DNA of 64,000 bases. Origin: Lama glama. Its lineage: Eukaryota. Below are positions 36,340 through 49,318 of the stretch, in pieces. The stretch is taken from NCBI GenBank assembly GCA_028534125.1, contig CM052818.1, positions 33,976,001 to 34,040,000 of the forward strand, written 5' to 3'. The translations under genes and the position numbers were made by a program. Under the pieces are notes generated by a model. The model was not told the DNA's origin. It was given only the letters and a program-made list of their open reading frames with translations, and did not search any database. Position 1 is the first letter of the stretch; each line of letters opens with the position of its first letter.

Positions 36340-37650
36340 CTCTACTTTCTGACTTTAAGGATTTGCCTCTTCTAAACACTTCAAATAAATGAACCATACA
36401 ATATGTGGCCCTTTGTAACTGTAACTTCTTTCACCCAGCATAATGTTTTCAAGATTTATCCACGTTGTAACACCTATCAGTACTTCATTCCTGAGAGTTC
36501 CTATTTCTCCATATCTTTGCCAATTCTTATTATTGTTCATCTTTTTTATCCTAGAGTATAAAGTGGTCTTCATTATAGGTCTTTTTAATATTTTACTTTT
36601 TTTTCCAGAGCAGTTTCAGTTTTACCAAAAAATTGATTGGAAATTAGAGATTGCCCACGTATCCTGTTTTCCTGAGCACAAAATTTCCTCTACTGGTTAC
36701 ATCTTGCATTAGTGGTGTAAATACAAGTGATGAATAAAATTGGCACATTATTATTAACTAAAGTCCATTGTTTACGATACGGTTCACTCTTTGTACTGTA
36801 CATTCTATGGGCTTTGGCAAATGTATAATGACCTGTTGTTACCATTACTGTATTGTACAGAATAGTTTTGCTGCCCTAAAGCTCCCCTGTGCTCCACCTA
36901 GTTATCCCTTCCTNNNNNNNNNNNNNNNNNNNNNNNNNNNNNNNNNNNNNNNNNNNNNNNNNNNNNNNNNNNNNNNNNNNNNNNNNNNNNNNNNNNNNNN
37001 NNNNNNNNNNNNNNNNNNNNNNNNNNNNNNNNNNNNNNNNNNNNNNNNNNGTTCCTTCATATCTTTTTGTGACTTGATGGTTCATTTATTTTTAATGCTG
37101 AATAGTATTCCATTGTCTAGATGTACCATACTTTACCTCTCCATCCACCATCTTGGTTGCTTCCAGGTTTTGGCAATTATGAATAAAGCTGCTAGAAACA
37201 TCCATGTGCAGGTTTTTGTGTGAATACACGTTTTNNNNNNNNNNNNNNNNNNNNNNNNNNNNNNNNNNNNNNNNNNNNNNNNNNNNNNNNNNNNNNNNNN
37301 NNNNNNNNNNNNNNNNNNNNNNNNNNNNNNNNNNNNNNNNNNNNNNNNNNNNNNNNNNNNNNNNNNNNNNNNNNNNNNNNNNNNNNNNNNNNNNNNNTTT
37401 GGTGTTATCAGTGTTTTGGGATTCTGGTCGTTCTAATGGGTGTGTAATGTTTTCATTTTCANNNNNNNNNNNNNNNNNNNNNNNNNNNNNNNNNNNNNNN
37501 NNNNNNNNNNNNNNNNNNNNNNNNNNNNNNNNNNNNNNNNNNNNNNNNNNNNNNNNNNNNNNNNNNNNNNNNNNNNNNNNNNNNNNNNNNNNNNNNNNNN
37601 NNNNNNNNNNNNGTCCTTCATCAAATGTGTCTTTTGCAATATTTTCTCTC
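36340..37650 (-). mobile_element. Old L1M (L1MB/MC-like) fragments, gapped
   Basis: Typical antisense L1 3' motifs, e.g. ggttgcttccaggttttggcaattatgaataaagctgct. Confidence 0.7.
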
Positions 37651-38762
37651 AGACAATCCCATTTTTAGAATGTTATGCCACAGATTTACCCCCACACAAG
37701 CACAAAGATGAATATGAAAGATTGTCATTGAAGTTTTTTTTTTCCTAAAAAAATAACAAATTAGAAGGAAAACAACATATCTCAGACAGGGCTCTTGGTT
37801 GCAAGCAGAAGTGACTCTGATCAGCAGGTAGTCATTTATTGTAAAGATAATTGTTGGGAGGGCTAGAGAATAGGCTTGATACTAAACCTCAAGAAATAAA
37901 GCCACAAATCACATATAAAAATAGCCTGATGAATAAAAGGCCCAGAACATTGTGCTGTGACCAAGAACTAGAGGCCACAATTTGCACCGCAACCCAGAAC
38001 ATGACTGTAACTGCAACTATGACTCACAGTAGTACCAGCAATATCTCTTCTGCACCAGGAATTCACTTTGTAAAACCTATTACTCTCAAAATCACAAGGC
38101 TGTTCTACACCCTTGCCAGCAAAATGGATGTCCTGCCCAAAGCACATTTCCCCCTCTGGGGTCCACTTCTGATCTGGAGACTGGCCTGGGTGCTACTGGT
38201 TGGGGAACTTCTAAGAAAACTGGAGAGTGAGTATTTTCTCCAACATGAGAAGTGTTCCAAAGAAGCAGGCCAACCAGAAAACATGACAAAGGTCCATTGT
38301 AGTGTTTATCAACAGGAGATTGGCTAATAGGTAATTAATGTAACCATGCATGAGAATACTATGCAGCCCATGAACAGAATAAGGCAATTTTTAAAGTAAT
38401 GACATGGGAGGATCTCTATGATATAATTAATATGTATTATGTTCTACCATCTGCATTTGAATAATCGCACATATTTATATAATTGTCTATGTATATAAAT
38501 GTCTGGAAGGATACACAAGAAACATAACAATGGTTGTTTCTAGAAAATGAAAAAAGGAGACTAGGATGGGAGACTTACTGGTCTGAATTCTATAGTTGCC
38601 ACGTGCACTTTTTGAAAATAAAAATGTTTGCCATATATTAAAAATATGGCCACTAAACATCTGATAAATTTTCTTCATATAGAATGTTTAGAAATAAAAC
38701 CAACAAACAGTGGGTATTGTAATCAAAACTGACAGCACAGATGCCACAGATGCTAATACTAC

Positions 38763-38915
38763 CTCAGTATCACCAATCCCAACTTCTTCTGGGTTAAAGG
38801 TTGTCCATTTCACAAGTAAAACTGTGAAACAATGTCTGTTTGTCCCATGAAATTGGCCTGCCTGGCTAGCACTTCCTCATGCAGCCAGCAGAGCTCTCCG
38901 AAGCTGTCAGTGACA
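38763..38915 (-). pseudogene. PI3K-like pseudo-exon, helical (PIK) domain
   Basis: Strong acceptor ttctctatctcctcag, donor GAG|GTAGTA. Across frameshifts it reads ELCWLH...ISWDKQ/DIVSQFY/LLVKWTTFNPEE; compare ELLWHF...VKWGQQEIVAKTYQLL and LVKDWPPIKPEQ (recalled). Confidence 0.72.
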
Positions 38916-39194
38916 CTGAGGAGATAGAGAACTGTTAATAACTATTCCATCCCGGGAGGCCAGAATCGCTGTCTCCCATCCACCTTCCAAAGTCTGTGGG
39001 AAGGTTTCTGTGATTCTTGAAAGTGTGAGAAGTTGAGAAAGACCCATGCAATACTACTAGGCCAGTAGATCTCATAATAAAAACAACTTTATCTGCATGG
39101 GGTAAAATTCTTTAGCTGAGTTCTAGGTCTAGCTAAGAATCACAGACATCTGACACCCGCTGAGTGAGATGCAAAACACTTTCAGCTGAATCAT

Positions 39195-39826
39195 TTAGGA
39201 TGCTTACAGCAGCATGAACAGAATGCCCAACTAAAGAGGCGTAAACAGTGAGAACATTCATTATTTTATAAAACAAAAATCTGGAGAAAAGATTCCAGAG
39301 CTGCCTAATTTGGAAGTTCAGCAATGTCAGAGCTCTGGCTCAGTCTTTCTGACTTTCTCATGACTCTTACTCCACAGTGACAATATGACTGCTGCTGTTC
39401 CCAGCACCACATCTTCACATGAGATTACCGATGGCAGGAAGAATGAAGGACTTCTCACACTTCTCTCCTTTCTCCCTCTCTCTATTTTTAATCAGGGAGG
39501 AAAATCTTTCCCAAAGGCCCCCAGATTTCTCCTCAGATGCAATTGGTCCAACTTTGTTATATGCCCATCCCCAAACCAACCACTAGCAAGGAGAAAGGGA
39601 TTGCCTCGTTGGTCTTAACCAGAGTTCATCCTTAGAACTTGGGGGGATAGGATTTCCTATTGGTTGTTTGTCTGAAATTTAGCTTTAATTGAATGTCCTA
39701 TCTTTTTATTTGCTAAATCTGGCAACCAGACTGGGTGACACCCCCATCTTTCCTGAGTCTGTTGCCAGTCCATACTTAACAAAATCAGAGTTCCATTAGC
39801 AAGAAAAGGCTAGTGCCTAAAAGCGG
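39195..39826. mobile_element. MLT1-type (MaLR) LTR, interrupted near its end by the ERV; contains a MER53-like MITE at about 39648-39728
   Basis: Start ttaggatgcttacagcagcatgaacagaa and internal motifs resemble MLT1J/K. The terminal piece gtagcaaccaacaatctgcctca resumes at about 44547-44569. Family assignment is from memory. Confidence 0.55.
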
Positions 39827-42800
39827 TGCCTACAAAAAACTTAATCAACAGTCGACCTAAGAAAGAAATGGAAAATCTTATTTGAGTCAATCTAAGGATT
39901 ATAACCATGGAGACAGTCTTTTCCTTCCTTTTAATTATTAGTCTTTTGATAGAAAGTGTTAGGTGATCAAATATTTGATCCCTTGATGATGGTTGCTTAC
40001 CTACCTGGGTCCATCGTGTCCCTCAATGTCGGTTCTTAAATAGCCCAGCTTTTTCTTTCCTAATTTTAGAGTGTTGTTCTAGTAAGATGTCTGGCAAGGA
40101 CTAACAGCCAATTCCAAGTTGTTCAATAGAACTTATGCCAATTTTACCTTGCATGTACCTCATGCATGACCATTAATTTAGAGAGAATTACAGATGTAAT
40201 CAGTAGTTTCAAGTTGCTTAGGTTATCTAGTAGGAGTAGGTGATACACAGTGCAGAAGGCAAGAAACAATCACATTATAAATTACACAGATTATAATCAA
40301 AGTTGCCAAAGTAACAATGTCATTAGTAAAGTTTTAAGCCAAGATCCTTCTAAAGCAAACCACTTTCCTAATACTTTCCCTAAACTGAGAAGAGGGTCAT
40401 TCAGAGCAGAAATTTGATTCTTCATAGGTGTCACAAGACAAGTTACATCAGAAGACACAATGGTTACAAAAATCCAACATTCAGTATGTATTATAGCCCA
40501 GATTCCCTCTTGGGAAGCAGTTAGACAATCAAGGCCATGTGATTCTGCAGGATCACTTTTCTCATCATGGAAACTTCTGAACTGAGCACGCTAACGGCTA
40601 GACTACTATCACACAAAGCTTACTGAGTGAGTTTTGCTGAAGCCTCTATTTGAGTAATGGTATCTTCTATTTCCAGTGAAGGAACAAATACCACAGCCAA
40701 ATGATCATACCATTGGAAAACTGATGGAACCCAGCATGCTTACATTAAAGGCAGATAGGCAAGGGCTGTTTCCAAGGCTACCGGTAAGTGAGCTTGAGCC
40801 CGAGGGAAATCAGTTGTGCATCTTTCTAAACAACCTGGGGAGAGCTAAGGCCATAAACATGTTCTATAAATCCACTGGGTCCTGTTAGGAACTACCCAAT
40901 AGTTAACATCTAGTCAAAGGGGGCATTTATGGCCAAGTTCAGAACAGGTGTCATTAATTGGCAGGTAAGAGAGTCCCACTTACTGATATTGGTAGTAGCT
41001 TGCACAGTACTAGAGTTTCTTTCTTCTAAAATTAAATTTCTAAGGGCCATACAATTAGAGCCTTGGAGAGGAGAAACCCACCAAAGTCACCAAGCAGTAC
41101 CAGACATAGGTAATTGGCCACAAACCCAGCAATCAGATTGACTTTTGAAACTTGCATACAACTGAGCCCAAGGAAGAAATACATTTGGTTCATTAGCAAA
41201 AGTGTGAGCAGTTATCAAAGTAATTAGCATACAGGATTAGTCCTGCATCTTGGTCAGCTATCTACCTTAGATATTGTCTTCTCATCCTGGTCTGGTAGTG
41301 CTGGTCTTACTTGAAGTCAGGTGTCAGAAACAGGAGTTGCAGCTCAGTCAGGAGAGGAGGACTAATATTGCCCTTCCAATATGGCTAAGAATCCTTTGTC
41401 TGATGTCTCTTCATTATGCATAATCTGGTTATGGGCCATAAGGTAACTGTTCAGAAACAAACTTAGAATGTGCTTTTAATGATCCAATTAAACTTTACAA
41501 TAATGTCACTTTTAGCAACAAGGAGCCATCTGGAAAGTGAGGCAGTAAACACAAAAAACCTCAAAGACAACACTTGAACTTAATATCCACTGACACAATT
41601 TTTTCCTCTGTAAAATTACCCTAATTTCTACCAAATATAGCCAAATTAAGGCCAGTTTGTTTGAAAAATAAGTCTAATTTCAATAAAGTTGGCCTGATTA
41701 TTTACTTAAGTGTAATTGATTCTTCTGGCTCTTTTAAATTGGCTATGCTGAAACTCTTTATAAGGAATCTCAAATTGAACTTTCAAAAGGCCTCTCAAGG
41801 CAAGGAAAGCCACACCAAGTGCTTGCTCTTAGATTCTGCCTGAGATATTTATAGATTTGGGTGGACTCCTCACTTCTCAAGGTCCCCAAAATACTTGAGA
41901 TTCCTGCACCTGTTAGGAGGCATTCTTCCTTATTCACCTGATAAGGCTGCTGGGAACTTGAGTTTCCAGTTTATGGAGGGATTAGGTAGAGAGAAAGGAT
42001 AAATGTTTCAATTCTACTTACAAAGGAATAATTTACCAAATTGCTGTAAATCATAATTGGCTTGAGGGGAAGGGTGTCTTTATATCTGGAAAATGATTAA
42101 AAACCAGTAATATTTCATGAACTTATTTACAAAACAGAAAGATTTACAGACATAAAAAACAAATTTAGGATTACCAGAGGGGAAAGAGGGTGATGGAGGG
42201 ATAAATTAGGAGTTTGGGATTAGCAGATACAAAGTACTATATATAAAATAGATGTACAACAAGGTCCTACTGTATAGCGCAGGGAACTATATTCAATATC
42301 TTGTAATAAAACATAATGGAAAAGAATATATATATATTTGAATCACTTTGCTGTATGCCAGAAACTAACACAACATTGCAAATGAACTATACTTTCATTA
42401 AAAAAAACTTAGAAAAGCAAGAAAAAAACAAAAACCAGTCATAGTTCAGACAAAAGCCCCCCATATTATAACCATATTCATTAGTTCACTCAGTCCTATG
42501 TAAGTAATTCTTGATCTTAATCTTCTGTTAACAGTTTTATGAAGCCACCATGTTTTCTATTAGAATTCTCTAATTTCTTACCCAGTGCAGCAGAAACTAT
42601 TTTTGTATAGACACACCATAAAATATAGTTATTCCTAAAGAGTTCATCTAAAAAAACCTCTTACCTCATTTACATTTAATTTACTTAAATTTTTTATCAT
42701 ATCATTGTTTTTCTTGAAGATAAATTTTGTAACAGGAACAATAGGATCTTATTTTACTTCTAGTAAACTTAGGTACAATAAAAGTATTAAACTTAATGTT

Positions 42801-44545
42801 GATGACTCTAAAGACATATCTGTCTTAAACTAGCAAACTTAAATTCATTTTCATTCAGTAAGAATTAATCCTAGACCACAAGAAATTCATTTGGGGAAGC
42901 TTCTTTTATATTTCTGAGTGTTTATATAAGCACTTAATTTCCTTTAAGCCAATTAAATAGAGATCTTTTACAAATTAATTTTGGCAATACCACACATCTA
43001 CGACACACACACACACACATACATACAAACATACAAACGGACACAAAGAAAGACCCCATAATTTCCAATCCAAAAGTTCAGCCATGAATCAGGTACAATA
43101 ATATAAAACCCAACAGTTACAAAAGAGATTGGATTCAAATTGAGTTTCTGGCAGGTGGAAGAAATTAAAGCCACCTGTTTAGATGGCTAAATCCTTTCTA
43201 CTAATATTTATGGAGAAGACACTTAAGATTTGCCTTTGTCCTTGACAAGTCAAGTTCCAAATTACCTATCCCCCTTTTGGTTTTTCTTTTAATAAATTAC
43301 AGTCCTGAAATTTGCATTTTAAAAAGATGGCCTAGATAAGAGTTCTTAGAGACCAGGTAGAACATCTCAGGTGCAGAGGAGAAAAGCAAGTTCCTCCTAA
43401 GAGGAATGTTTGTTCCCTTAAGGCCAGAATTTTTTTTTATTTACTTGCCTCTTAAGATAAATAGGGGAGGTTTGGGAGTGGTAAAAAGACTGTTGAGTTT
43501 TGAATTGTTTCTGGAGCCACACCTGTCCTGTAAAGACTAGGTCTGTAAAACAAGGACAGCTGGTTCTAATTCCTCAAAGAATTGCGTGGCCACCTAAAGG
43601 GTATCAGAGGACTGATGCACAGGTATTTACTAAATGACTGTAGTGGGATTCCCCTGAAGGGCCACTGCAGTCGGGAGGGTTCTCAGATGCTTCCCGTCAG
43701 GTTCTCAGTCACCTGAGGACACCTTGCGGCCAGAAGGAGCAAATGTTCCTTATTCTTAAGGAGCTGGATAATTCAGTCTCTTATTTCACTAGTAAATGGT
43801 CTATTCAGACCATATATCAATCTTTTTTTTCAACTTAAGCCAAATTTAACAAACACTCAGCCACCTAAGTTTTCCCTAGGCCGACTTACTGCCCTAGGTG
43901 CCTCTAGGCCCCTACCTCGGAAATGCACTGGCGCCCCCTTAAGACTCCAAGCCTTAAGTAGAGACAGCTTGAATAAAATTTTTAGGACTGTTACTTAAAA
44001 ACAATGAGATCCAGGTATCAGGAGAACTCACCCGAACACCTGAGGAGCACTGAGAAGACTGTGGGCCTCAACAGGCCCGTGCCGGTACAGAGCACCGCTT
44101 CAGGGTAGACTCCAGGTGTCCTCTGGTGGGTATCTCTGATATCCTGCCAGCTACACCATGCATGTGGACAAAAAAATTAATCAATAGTTATTTCAGAAAG
44201 AAATGGAAAATTCTATTGGAGCCAAAGTGAGGATTATAACCTGGGAAACAGTCTTTCAGAAACTTTGAGGACCACTCCACCCATTAGAGGTCTAAGCACA
44301 ATTATGGGGACAAGAGGTTGTACATCAAATGGCATATTTACACAGTCCAGATCTGCACACATAAAGTGAGAGTGGGTCATTGTGACCCCTTACAAGATTA
44401 AGAAAAAAGCTTATCTTCTAAGGAGGTCTGGTTAATGCAGATGTACAACACATACTATAGGGGAGGGAAGAGGCCCAAATGGGAGAGAAAATTTTTATGT
44501 TTAAATTTTTCTGGTTTTACTATAAAATACGAATTTTATTTCATT
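39827..44545 (-). mobile_element. Degenerate endogenous retrovirus (ERV1-like): 5' LTR about 44160-44545, tRNA-Ser PBS, internal region, 3' LTR remnant 39827-39921
   Basis: 39827-39921 is a diverged direct repeat of 44163-44256. Minus-strand TGGTGTAGCTGGCAGGAT (44141-44158) directly follows the LTR and matches the tRNA-Ser 3' complement TGGCGTAGTCGGCAGGAT at 15/18. Confidence 0.8.
42118..42429 (+). mobile_element. 5'-truncated L1 3' end inserted in the ERV
   Basis: Artiodactyl-type L1 3'UTR plus A tail. TSD aaaaaccagt(a/c)ata(t/g)ttca at 42099-42117 and 42430-42448. Confidence 0.85.
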
Positions 44546-44616
44546 AGTAGCAACCAACAATCTGCCTCATTGCTTCACAAGATTTTCTGTAGCTTCAGTC
44601 AAGGAAGTCCTGGTTT

Positions 44617-45849
<1,233 letters not shown>

Positions 45850-45886
45850 AAGAAAGTCCTGGTTTACATGGCCCAGGATTTTCTTT

Positions 45887-45889
45887 TGT

Positions 45890-45944
<55 letters not shown>
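45887..45944 (+). repeat. (TG)n microsatellite
   Basis: About 25 perfect TG units from 45895, plus an interrupted flank. Confidence 0.97.
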
Positions 45945-45946
<2 letters not shown>

Positions 45947-46097
45947 GGAGGGTGAGGGGAGTCGGGTGGGAAGGAGGAGATCTAAGATCATAGTTGCATA
46001 ATATCACAGAATAAACCCCCAAATTTCAGGGTCAGCTGGCAAAGATGAACAGTGACAGACTTATTAAAATTAAGATGTGTATAGGGCACGTTACAAC

Positions 46098-46270
46098 CTG
46101 TAATTTACACTTGTGTAAGCCAAAGTTTTAAAAGCCACCACCCAGTGTTCTTCAGCTTTGCCGTGGCATCTAAAGAAGAGAAAACACCAGCCCAGCTGCT
46201 TCCTGAGACCCTGGGGTTTTCTCTGTGTGGAAGATTTGAGTACTACTGCCATTTCAAATACCACGTGGGA
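46098..46270 (-). pseudogene. PI3K-like pseudo-exon, C-terminal half of C2 domain
   Basis: Strong acceptor ctttatcttcag. Reads SHVVFEMAVVLKSSTQRKPQGLRKQLGWCFL, then after a frameshift LDATAKLKNTGWWLLKLW, matching the PI3K-type C2 pattern GW.x.L.LFD...L.TG...L.LW. Confidence 0.7.
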
Positions 46271-47336
46271 CTGAAGATAAAGGTGCCATAGAAATGATGA
46301 GAGAGAATAGGAATGTTTCCTATGGGACTCAGTGCCAATTTAGCACTATTTTTATGCTTTTATGTAAGGGGATGATTAAGATGTCAGTAAAGAAAAGGCA
46401 TTTCTGGGTCCTGATTAAAAGCGTGACTACCAGGGGGCTACTCATAGACATACACAGACCCACAACTCCTTTGCAAGTCACCAGCTTAACACTATTAGCA
46501 GGCTTCCCTGACTCCCACAGCCCTATATAAAACCACTGGTTTGTCAGATTGTCATGAACTCTGGGCCACAGCCTGAGAAATTCTGGCTGTCAGACTGGAA
46601 ATTGTGTGACAACCTTTTTAAAGTGTCTCCTCTGGGAGACAAAAATCCAATGGCTTGCAAGGAGATACTTACTGGGATCATGTCTGGTAAACATCTATGT
46701 TTTCTGAGTTTGGCNNNNNNNNNNNNNNNNNNNNNNNNNNNNNNNNNNNNNNNNNNNNNNNNNNNNNNNNNNNNNNNNNNNNNNNNNNNNNNNNNNNNNN
46801 NNNNNNNNNNNNNNNNNNNNNNNNNNNNNNNNNNNNNNNNNNNNNNNNTATCCTTTTCCCAAACTGTATCTATGTTGTAGTCTTGATTGAAGAAGAGCTT
46901 GTGTAGGTAGGTAAACATGAAAGATTGAACTGTTTATCTATTCCCTCCCAAATCCCCACTGTAATAACAGTAAAGAAATGAAAAGATCATAAACTCAGAG
47001 TAAAAAGAAGGGAGAAAAGAGGACAAGAGTCAAGAGATGTCAACACGATTTTGGAAAATGAAAGCAGAAGAATGAGTGATAGCTGATTTAGGCGAATGGA
47101 GAGGCTTAAATGGAAGGGAGCTTGTGGGAGGGGCGCCGCAGACAGATGGGGTAGAGGAGGGCACCAATAAAGAGAAAGTCAGTTGGCCCAGCAGAACACA
47201 AGAAAGGGTCAGGAGTCAAAGGCTCAACCACTGATAACTCTGTATTTTTGCCTTTTCCAGAGTTTTACTTAAATAGAATCATGCAGTAGGTGGCCTTTTG
47301 AACCTCGCTTAATACATTTAAAAGTCATCTATGTTG

Positions 47337-47620
47337 AAACAGACTCAGAGACATAGAAAGCAAACTTATGGTTGGGGTCGGGTGGAAGTGGGTGGGAAGG
47401 GATAAATTGGGAGTGGGAGATCTGCAAATACTAACTACTACATATAAAGTAGATAAACAACAAGTTTCCACTGCAGAGCACAGGGAACTATATTCAATGT
47501 CTTGTAGTAACCTATAATGAAAAAGAATATGAAAACAAATAGATGTCTGACTGAACTATTATGCTGTACACCAGAAACTGACACAATATTATAAACTGAG
47601 TATATGTCAATTTTAAAAAA
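47337..47620 (+). mobile_element. L1 3' end fragment
   Basis: Same 3'UTR family as 42118-42429. TSD-like gtcatct(a/g)tgttg on both sides. Confidence 0.8.
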
Positions 47621-48975
47621 TGTCATCTGTGTTGTTGTAGGATCAGTGCTTTTTTCCTTCTAATTGCTAGCAATCCATTTTATAAATGTGCCACAATGTG
47701 TTGGATTGGTTCCAGGTTTTGGTCATTACAAACAAAGCTCCCATAAACATTTGTGTAGTGGTTTTCCAGGTTTTCTGTCAATATAGGATTCCATTTCACT
47801 TGAGTAAATACCTAGAAGTGAGGTTCTGGGTCCTATGAAATCCTCTGAATAATGTGATTATTTTGCTGCTGTTTTAGCAAGCAACCAATCCAGTGAGATT
47901 CAGGTCACAAATATTGTCTCACCTTCTGTGAGAAGCTCAGTTTTCAAATATTTTGCTGTGCTGTTTGGGTCTGCCCCTTCATGTACTACTTGGGGATTGG
48001 TCTAGGACATGGATGTTGATTTATATTTATGTTGTAGCTCCATTCCTAAAGCTTTGTATGCTTCTAGGGGTGAGCCTGAGACTAGTGTTGATTCATAGAC
48101 CAAATTAGAGAGCCCCTTCTCTAGCTCTCTCTACTGAGAGATTTCCACATCACAAATCAATTGATTGCGTGGCTTCTTGTCATAGCTTGTTGTGAATGAT
48201 GAGAAGGATGCCAAATTCTGGTGCTACAAATATTTGATGACGCATTTCACTTTAATCTCCACCCCCCTGCTCTGCCTCTTGGGTTATCCACAACCATCGT
48301 GTTCACACATTTGCATGAAATAAACACACTGTCATTCTGTTGCCAGGAGGATTCCCATTGATGAAATGTTTGGGAAATGTGTTGTTAACGTCCTGTACAA
48401 GGGCTGACAAACAGCCACTGCACCATATTATTTTTTCTGGCACTTTAGATACTCTGTAATCACCCTTTTGATGTTTAAAAAATTTCCTGCCAATTAATTT
48501 TTTTCTAAAATAGGAGGTAATGCCAGGATACAGACACACAAAATGTTTTTGCAATTGTACATATAGGACTCAGTAGCCATAAGGGTGCATTTCAAAACTT
48601 TTGGACACTTTTTAAAAAAAGCAATATTCTACCTTTATCAAGAAAAATAATTTGCCTTTTATCATGAACAATAATTTGCCTTTTATCATATCTAATGCTT
48701 CTCTGTTTCATAACTATCTTTGCTTGGTTCAGCTTCCCAAACTGAGCAGTGATTAAGCACAGAGTCTTTTAAGATGTCAAAACTGGCCTTTGGTGACACA
48801 TCCAACATTCAAATAAGAATCCCTGTGCCTTTTTTTCCAGGTAAAATTAATTTTAATAATATACTCTCTTCAACTTAACATAGCCAAACTGTTATCATTT
48901 CAACCTGTATTCAATATAAAAATTAATAATGAGGCATTTTATTTTTTTATACTAAGGTTTTGCTATCTGGTGAGT

Positions 48976-49318
48976 ATTTTATTTATTTATTTATTTTTAT
49001 TGAAGTACAGTCATTTTACAATGTTGCGTTAATTTCTGCGGTACAGCATAGTGATTCATTTATATGTGTATATATATTCCTTTTCATATTCTTTTTCATT
49101 ATAGGCCATTACAAGGTATTGAATACAGTTCCCAGTGCCATACAGTAGGACCTTGTTGTTTATCTATTTTTATATTTAGTAATTAGTATCTGCAAATCCC
49201 AAACTCCCAATTTATCTTTTTGCCATCCCCTTTCACCCCTGGTAACCAGAGATTTGTTTTCTATGTCTGTGAGTCTGGCTCTGTTTTGTAAATAAGTTCA
49301 TTTGTGTCTTTTTTTTTT
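48976..49318 (-). mobile_element. L1 3' end fragment
   Basis: Reverse complement of the same L1 3'UTR with a (ttta)n tail. Confidence 0.8.

Noticed and set aside
46549-46686. Plus-strand exon-like segments here and at about 49390-49426 and 56631-57052
   Set aside because: No coherent protein similarity on plus. The minus-strand reading of the same regions gives stronger splice sites and a consistent domain order.
48646-48689. 20-bp direct repeat aataatttgccttttatcat
   Set aside because: A simple local tandem duplication, not an array and with no functional clue.
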